Below, piece by piece: positions 26,778 through 32,000 of a stretch of DNA of 32,000 bases. Location: NCBI GenBank assembly GCA_963770335.1, contig CAVYPG010000019.1, forward strand, positions 228,866-260,865, in the 5' to 3' direction. The stretch's first letter is position 1, and the number at the start of each line of letters is the position of its first letter. A program made the translations under genes and the position numbers. Origin of the DNA: an uncultured Alphaproteobacteria bacterium (GTDB taxonomy: Bacteria > Pseudomonadota > Alphaproteobacteria > Dongiales > Dongiaceae). The notes under the pieces are model-generated. The model was given only the letters and a program-made list of their open reading frames with translations. It was not told where the DNA came from and made no database searches.

Positions 26778-26824
26778 GGCTATCGGTCTCCCGCGCCGGC
26801 TCCCCGGCGCGGGGGCCGATAGCC
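26778..26824 (+). other. Long intercistronic stem-loop between the SBP and permease genes
   Basis: GGCTATCGG(26778-26786)/CCGATAGCC(26816-26824) enclose CCCGCGCCGG/CCGGCGCGGG. There is no following T run. A second short palindrome CGGCGCC-TC-GGCGCCG lies at 26761-26776. Confidence 0.55.
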
Positions 26825-26894
26825 GGCCTTTACCCGCGATGTTGCAACCAGGGCCTTCAACCCGTCTTGCCCCTGGCAAGTCTTTCACATCAAA

Positions 26895-27881
26895 GTGACC
26901 CAGCGCAGTGATGATGCGATGAGCGACATGGCCGAAAAACAGGGACTGTTGAGCCAGATGGCCGAGGCGACGCCGCCCAGGGTCGCCGGGCGCGTCCGCG
27001 GCCTGTCGGACCGCGGCATTGCCTGGCTCTTCATCGGCCCGACGATGCTGCTGCTGCTGGTGATCAACATCTTCCCGCTCGTCTGGGCGGTGACGCTTTC
27101 CTTCACCAATTACCGCGCCAACCGGCCGAACGTGCCGCTGAAATGGGTCGGCCTCGAGCATTACAGCGACATTCTGACCGATCCCGATCTGTGGGCCGGC
27201 ATGCAGGTCACGGCACACTTCGTCGTCGCGACCATTGTGGTTGAGACCCTGCTGGGCTTCGGGCTGGCCTATCTGATCGACCGCAAGTTCAAGGGCCACG
27301 GTTTCTGGACCACGGTCATCCTGATCCCGATGATGCTGTCGCCCGCCGTGGTGGGGAATTTCTGGAGCTTCCTGTTCCGCCCCCAGATCGGCCTGTTCAA
27401 CGAGATCATCTCCTTCGTCACCGGCATTCCGGCGGACTCATTCGCCATGATCGGCGATGTCGATCTGGCGCCCTGGTCCATCGTCATCGTCGATGCCTGG
27501 ATGTGGACGCCCTATGTCATGCTGATCTGCCTGGCGGGCCTGCGTTCGATCCCCAATGACATCTACGAGGCCGCCGAGGTCGATCGCGCCTCGCCCTGGC
27601 GCCAGTTCTGGTCGATCACGCTGCCCATGGCCCTGCCGTTCATCATGCTGGCGGTGCTGTTCCGCGGCATCGAAAACTTCAAGATGTTCGACCTGGTGAA
27701 CCTGCTGACCAATGGCGGGCCGGGTTCGACCACGGAGCTCGCCTCGATCACACTGAAACGCGAGGCCTTCGAGAAGTGGCGCACGGGCTACGCCTCCGCG
27801 CTCGCCATCATCCTGTTCGTCACGATTTTCGGTCTGGGCAACATCTATGTGAAGGCCCTCAACCGGGTGAAGCAGCGATGA
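26895..27881 (+). CDS. ABC transporter permease (MalF/UgpA-like)
   Basis: 6-TM permease with EAA loop EAAEVDRASPWRQFWSITLP. The start is GTG 26895 or ATG 26919. Confidence 0.88.
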   Translation: MTQRSDDAMSDMAEKQGLLSQMAEATPPRVAGRVRGLSDRGIAWLFIGPTMLLLLVINIFPLVWAVTLSFTNYRANRPNVPLKWVGLEHYSDILTDPDLWAGMQVTAHFVVATIVVETLLGFGLAYLIDRKFKGHGFWTTVILIPMMLSPAVVGNFWSFLFRPQIGLFNEIISFVTGIPADSFAMIGDVDLAPWSIVIVDAWMWTPYVMLICLAGLRSIPNDIYEAAEVDRASPWRQFWSITLPMALPFIMLAVLFRGIENFKMFDLVNLLTNGGPGSTTELASITLKREAFEKWRTGYASALAIILFVTIFGLGNIYVKALNRVKQR

Positions 27882-28828
27882 GCCTGACAACCGCCCATTC
27901 CATCGTCGCCCCCGGCGCCTTTTCCCGGCGCCTGGCCGCCGTGCTGGTGATCACCTATGCGCTGATCACGATGATCCCGCTGGTCTGGATCATGCTGACC
28001 GGATTCAAGACGCCGGACGATTCCATCGCCTATCCGCCGAAGATCCTGTTCTCGCCCTCGCTCGAGGGCTATGTGAACCTGTTCACCACCCGCACGCGCC
28101 AGACACCGGAATTCATCGCCACATTGCCGCCGGCGACAGCCTGGTATGACCAGCTTGTGCGCTCGCGCAACATGGTGATCGCCGGGCCCTCGAAGTATCT
28201 CCAGCGCTACATGAATTCACTGGTGATCGGCTTCGGCTCGACGTTTCTTGCGGTCGTGCTCGGCACCATCGCGGCTTACGCCTTTTCGCGCTTCAAAGTG
28301 CCGCTGAAGGACGATCTCATGTTCTTCATCCTGTCGACGCGCATGATGCCGCCGATTGCGGTCGCGATCCCCATCTATCTGATGTATCGCCAGATCGGCC
28401 TGATGGATAGCTGGCTGGGCATGATTCTGCTCTACACGGCGGTGAACCTGTCGCTCTCGGTCTGGCTGCTCAAGGGATTCATGGACGAGATTCCGCGCGA
28501 ATACGAGGAAGCGGCCATGATCGACGGCTACAGCCGCCTGCAGGCCTTCTGGAAGGTCGTGCTGCCGCAAGCCTCGACCGGCATCGCCGCCACGGCGATC
28601 TTCTGCCTGATCTTCTCGTGGAACGAATATGCCTTTGCCGTCCTGCTGACCTCTGGCGAAGCGCAGACGACGCCGCCCTTCATCCCCTTCATCATCGGCG
28701 AGGGCGGCCAGGATTGGCCGGCGGTTGCCGCGGGCACGACCCTGTTCCTGGTGCCGATCGTCGTCTTCACCATCCTGCTGCGCAAACTGCTGTTGCGCGG
28801 CATCACCTTCGGCGCGGTGCGGCGATGA
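27878..28828 (+). CDS. ABC transporter permease (MalG/UgpE-like)
   Basis: EAA loop EAAMIDGYSRLQAFWKVVLP. ATGA overlap with the upstream permease stop. Confidence 0.88.
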   Translation: MSLTTAHSIVAPGAFSRRLAAVLVITYALITMIPLVWIMLTGFKTPDDSIAYPPKILFSPSLEGYVNLFTTRTRQTPEFIATLPPATAWYDQLVRSRNMVIAGPSKYLQRYMNSLVIGFGSTFLAVVLGTIAAYAFSRFKVPLKDDLMFFILSTRMMPPIAVAIPIYLMYRQIGLMDSWLGMILLYTAVNLSLSVWLLKGFMDEIPREYEEAAMIDGYSRLQAFWKVVLPQASTGIAATAIFCLIFSWNEYAFAVLLTSGEAQTTPPFIPFIIGEGGQDWPAVAAGTTLFLVPIVVFTILLRKLLLRGITFGAVRR

Positions 28829-29037
28829 GCACCGACGTTAAGCCAGCGGCAGCCAGCCGCTCGCTGCTGCGGCGGATCTTCCGCCGGGGGCCCTGGGAGA
28901 ACCTCGCCACCGTCCTGATCGGCCTTGGCGTCGTGATGCTGATGCAGCCGATCTCGATCGACCTCTACACCTATTCCTTCGTCACGATCCTGACCGGTAC
29001 CGTCATGTTCATGATCGTCAGCAAGTTCCCGGATTGA
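28825..29037 (+). CDS. 70-aa 2-TM membrane protein embedded in the ABC operon
   Basis: MSTDVKPAAASRSLLRRIFRRGPWENLATVLIGLGVVMLMQPISIDLYTYSFVTILTGTVMFMIVSKFPD. ATGA overlap with the permease stop. The next gene starts 7 nt after its stop. Confidence 0.6.
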   Translation: MSTDVKPAAASRSLLRRIFRRGPWENLATVLIGLGVVMLMQPISIDLYTYSFVTILTGTVMFMIVSKFPD

Positions 29038-29044
29038 GGCGAAC

Positions 29045-30143
29045 ATGGCCGAGATCCGCATCGATCATCTGCACAAGGCCTTCGGCGATTTTACCGCCGT
29101 GCTGGATTCGAGCTTTACCGTGGCCAATGGCGAGTTCTTCTGCCTGCTGGGGCCCTCGGGCTGCGGCAAGACCACGACCTTGCGCATGATCGCAGGCCTG
29201 GAGCTGCCGACATCCGGACGCATCCTGCTGGGGGGTGATGACGTCACCTTCAAGCGCGCCGCCGAGCGCGATATCGCCTTTGTCTTCCAGCTCTTCGCCC
29301 TCTACCCGCATATGACGGTGCGCGCCAATATCGGCTTTCCGCTGAAATGCCAGGGCATGCCGCGCGCCGAGATCCGCGCCGCGGTCGAGGAAGCGGCCCG
29401 CATCCTGCGCATCACCCATCTGCTCGATCGTTCCGTGGGCGGGCTTGCCTCGGGCGACCGGCAGCGCGTGGCGCTCGGCCGCTCCATCGTGCGCAAGCCA
29501 AAGGCCTTCCTGATGGACGAGCCGCTGGGGGCGCTCGATTCCGAATTCCGCCACATCATGACCGGCGAGTTGCGCCAGCTGCATAATCGCCTGGGCGCCA
29601 CCACGATCTATGTCACCCACGACCAGCTCGAGGCGATGGCGCTGGCCGACAAGATCGCGGTGATGAATCGTGGCGTGATCGAGCAGCTCGGCACGCCGCG
29701 GGAAATCTACGAGCGCCCGGTTTCCCTCTTCGTCGCCGATTTCATCGGCTCGCCGCCGATGAACTTCCTCGATTTCCATGGCGGGCTTCAGCCGCGGGGC
29801 GACCTCCGTGCAGCTGGGCGAGGGCGCTGTCGGCGTGCCGGAGGTGCATGAGGATATGGAGCCGCGGGACCTGATCCTGGGCATCAGGCCGGAAGATGTG
29901 CGCCTGCGCGATGGTGGCGCGGTGAAGGGTGAGATTTTCGGCACCGAATATCTCGGCACCACGCAGATCGTCACCCTGACGACGGGTCACGGCACGTTGC
30001 GCGCGCGGCTGCCAGCCGAGACGGCGGTGCGGCGCGGCGAGCGCGTCGGCCTCGACTTTCGCCGCGAGAAGCTTTCGTTGTTCGACAAGGCGAGCGGCAA
30101 GGCCGTGCGCACGGCCCTGTTCGAAGGTGCCAGTCATGGCTGA
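29045..30143 (+). pseudogene. ABC transporter ATP-binding protein (MalK/UgpC-like) with one +1 frameshift
   Basis: Walker A GPSGCGKTT and Walker B FLMDEPLGALD. The signature is degenerate (LASGDRQR). The frame changes 2 to 3 at about 29780-29784 (NFLDFHG|GFSRGATSVQLGEG). Length minus 1 gives 365 aa. Confidence 0.85.
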
Positions 30144-31152
30144 TGTGACATTGCAGGGCGTGACCAAGCGGTTTGGCGATCTGACCGCGATATCCGATCT
30201 GTCGCTCTTCATCCGGGACGGTGAATTCCTGGTGCTGCTGGGGCCGACGGGAGCGGGCAAGACCACGACGCTGCGGCTCGTGGCAGGGCTGGAGAAGCCC
30301 GATGCCGGCCGCATCACCATCGCCGATCACGATGTCACCCGGCTGCCCCCAGCGGCGCGCGATGTGACGTTCGTATTCCAGCAATACTCGCTCTATCCGC
30401 ATCTGAGCGTCTTCGACAACCTGGCTTTTCCGCTCCGCTCGCCTCTGCGGCGCGTGCCGGAGGCCGAGATCAAGCGCAAGGTCGGCGAAGTGGCCGAGAT
30501 GCTGCGGATCACGGCGAAACTCGGCAATCGCGCGACCCGGCTTTCGGGCGGCGAGATGCAGCGGGTTGCCATCGGCCGCGCCTTGGTGCGCCGGCCGGCC
30601 GTCTATCTGATGGATGAACCGCTCTCATCGCTCGATGCGAAGCTGCGCGCCGAGCTGCGCCTGGAATTGAAGCGCATCCAGCAGGATCTGGGCGCCACCA
30701 TCCTTTACGTCACCCATGACCAGATCGAAGCCATGACCATGGCAACCCGCATCGGAGTGATCGAGCATGGGCGGCTGGTGCAGGTCGATACACCCCGCGA
30801 GGTTTATGAAAACCCCGCCAACGTCCAGGTTGCGGCACGCCTGGGCCAACCCGGGATCAATCTGATCCCGCGCGAGATGCTGGCCGGTATTTCAGCCCCC
30901 GGTACCGCCGCCACGATCGGCGTGCGCACCGAGCATCTGAAGATCTCAAAATCGGCCGGCGGCACGGCCAAAGGCAAGGTGACCTGGATCGAGCATCTGG
31001 GCGACCGCAACCATCTGCATATCAAGTTGGGCGACAACGATGTGGTGACCCTGGCCGATCCCGATGCGGGCTTGGGCGTCGGTGACGATGTTGCCATCGA
31101 GGTGCTGCGGCCGCTCTATTTCGACCGCAACGGAAACCGGATCGCGGCATGA
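30136..31152 (+). CDS. ABC transporter ATP-binding protein (second, distinct MalK/UgpC-like subunit)
   Basis: Walker A GPTGAGKTT, signature LSGGEMQR, Walker B YLMDEPLSSLD. 8-nt overlap with the upstream ATPase. Confidence 0.9.
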   Translation: MADVTLQGVTKRFGDLTAISDLSLFIRDGEFLVLLGPTGAGKTTTLRLVAGLEKPDAGRITIADHDVTRLPPAARDVTFVFQQYSLYPHLSVFDNLAFPLRSPLRRVPEAEIKRKVGEVAEMLRITAKLGNRATRLSGGEMQRVAIGRALVRRPAVYLMDEPLSSLDAKLRAELRLELKRIQQDLGATILYVTHDQIEAMTMATRIGVIEHGRLVQVDTPREVYENPANVQVAARLGQPGINLIPREMLAGISAPGTAATIGVRTEHLKISKSAGGTAKGKVTWIEHLGDRNHLHIKLGDNDVVTLADPDAGLGVGDDVAIEVLRPLYFDRNGNRIAA

Positions 31153-31797
31153 AGCTCGACACTGAAATCAAGGATCGATTGATCGCGGCGATGGCAGAGG
31201 CGATTGCCAGCCATGCCGGTGAATTGACCGACCTCGACCGCGCCATCGGCGATGGCGATCATGGTTCCAACATGAAGCGCGGCTTCGATGCCGTGCTGGC
31301 CGAGCGCGCCAACCTGGCGGCCAAGCCCTTGCCCGATATGCTGAAGGCGCTGGGAACGCACCTTGTGATGACCATCGGCGGCGCCTCGGGCCCGCTCTAT
31401 GGCACCCTGTTCATGGCACTGGGCAAGGAAATACCGGCCGAGCCAACCCTGGCCGATGCCGCCCGCGCCTTTAGCGCGGCGGTCAATGCGGTCAAGGCGC
31501 GCGGGAAGGCCACGACCGGCGAGAAGACCATGCTTGAGGTGCTTCAGCCTGTGGCCGACGCGCTGCAGGCTGGTGTTTCGAAATCCGGCCGGCCTTGGCG
31601 ATCGCGTGAAGGCGGCTGCCGATGCGGGTCTCGAAACGACCCGGCCGATGAAGGCAACAAAAGGCCGCGCTTCGTTTCTGGGCGAGCGATCCATCGGCCA
31701 TCTCGATCCCGGTGCTCGCTCCAGTCAGCTTCTGACCCATGCCCTGATCGGCGTTCTTGCAGCCCAGCCAGCGCTCGAGGGGGCGCGCTCGTCATGA
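31149..31797 (+). pseudogene. dhaL: Dihydroxyacetone kinase ADP-binding subunit DhaL with one +1 frameshift
   Basis: LDRAIGDGDHGSNMKRGF and GGASGPLYGTLF are in frame 3. ATKGRASFLGERSIGHLDPGARS is in frame 1. The shift is at about 31584-31594. ATGA overlap with the upstream ATPase stop. Length minus 1 gives 215 aa. Confidence 0.85.
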
Positions 31798-32000
31798 CAG
31801 CAAACAGCCGCGTCGGCATCGTCATCGTTTCGCACTCGGCTGAAGTCGCGCGGGGCACGGTGGACATGGTGCGCCAGATGGTGGGCCACGAGGTGCCGGT
31901 GGCGGCCAGCGGCGGCAATCCCGCTGGCGGCTTGGGCACCGACGTCGCCTCGATCATCGCCGCGATCAAGAAGGTGTGGTCGCCGAAGGGCGTGGCCATC
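31794..32000 (+). CDS. dhaM: DhaM phosphotransferase subunit, EIIA(Man)-like N-terminal domain (3' partial)
   Basis: MTANSRVGIVIVSHSAEVARGTVDMVRQM... matches the DhaM/EIIA-Man N-terminus with the phospho-His in VSHS. ATGA overlap with the dhaL stop. The frame is open to the window end. Confidence 0.75.
   Translation, partial: MTANSRVGIVIVSHSAEVARGTVDMVRQMVGHEVPVAASGGNPAGGLGTDVASIIAAIKKVWSPKGVAI

Noticed and set aside
4544-31797. Programmed +1 ribosomal frameshifting or transcriptional slippage as an explanation of the 13 frame breaks
   Set aside because: I compared the sequences around all the sites I could localise. There is no shared slippery heptamer, rare or stop codon in the 0 frame, homopolymer run, or upstream SD-like stimulator. 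Single-base insertion error is the simpler explanation.
1-32000. CRISPR arrays, tRNA/rRNA genes, IS elements, integrases, phage or known defence genes
   Set aside because: I recognised none of these. There were no regularly spaced direct repeats, cloverleaf-like segments, transposase or recombinase ORFs, or terminal inverted repeats during manual reading. A tool-based scan is still advisable.

Overview
This is a high-GC chromosomal segment that looks alphaproteobacterial and Rhizobiales-like. That assignment is an inference from phyR, EcfG-type promoter motifs and gene content. I saw no rRNA, tRNA, CRISPR, IS, integrase or phage genes.

Gene order:
- the 3' part of phyR
- a run of tiny membrane and lipoprotein genes, two of them too short for the ORF track
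- sodB and a ferritin-like diiron gene, divergent, each behind a GGAAC-N16-xGTT motif
- paiB
- an Fe(III)-type ABC importer (SBP, two-domain permease, ATPase), followed 22 nt later by an RND permease with no adaptor gene
- a Gly/Tyr-repeat lipoprotein
- an OYE flavin oxidoreductase, MFS and GAF-PAS-PAS class III cyclase operon
- a His-rich PadR beside a perfect AT-rich palindrome
- a lower-GC two-gene cassette wedged against ggt
- cspA
- a 73-aa protein
- an ABC exporter membrane domain without an ATPase domain
- puuE-alc-allA (ureide catabolism)
- an amidohydrolase
- a carbohydrate-type ABC importer (SBP, two permeases, an embedded 70-aa 2-TM protein, two ATPases) that runs through overlapping stop/start codons into dhaL-dhaM

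The most striking observation is 13 reading-frame breaks in 8 otherwise well-conserved genes. Every break is a +1 shift (one extra base), with no in-frame stops. This looks more like insertion-type consensus error than biology and should be resolved first.

I did not find a convincing complete novel system. The best candidates for follow-up are the padR/palindrome/low-GC cassette, the ABC importer with its small membrane subunit fused operonically to dhaLM, and the PhyR-adjacent general-stress micro-regulon.
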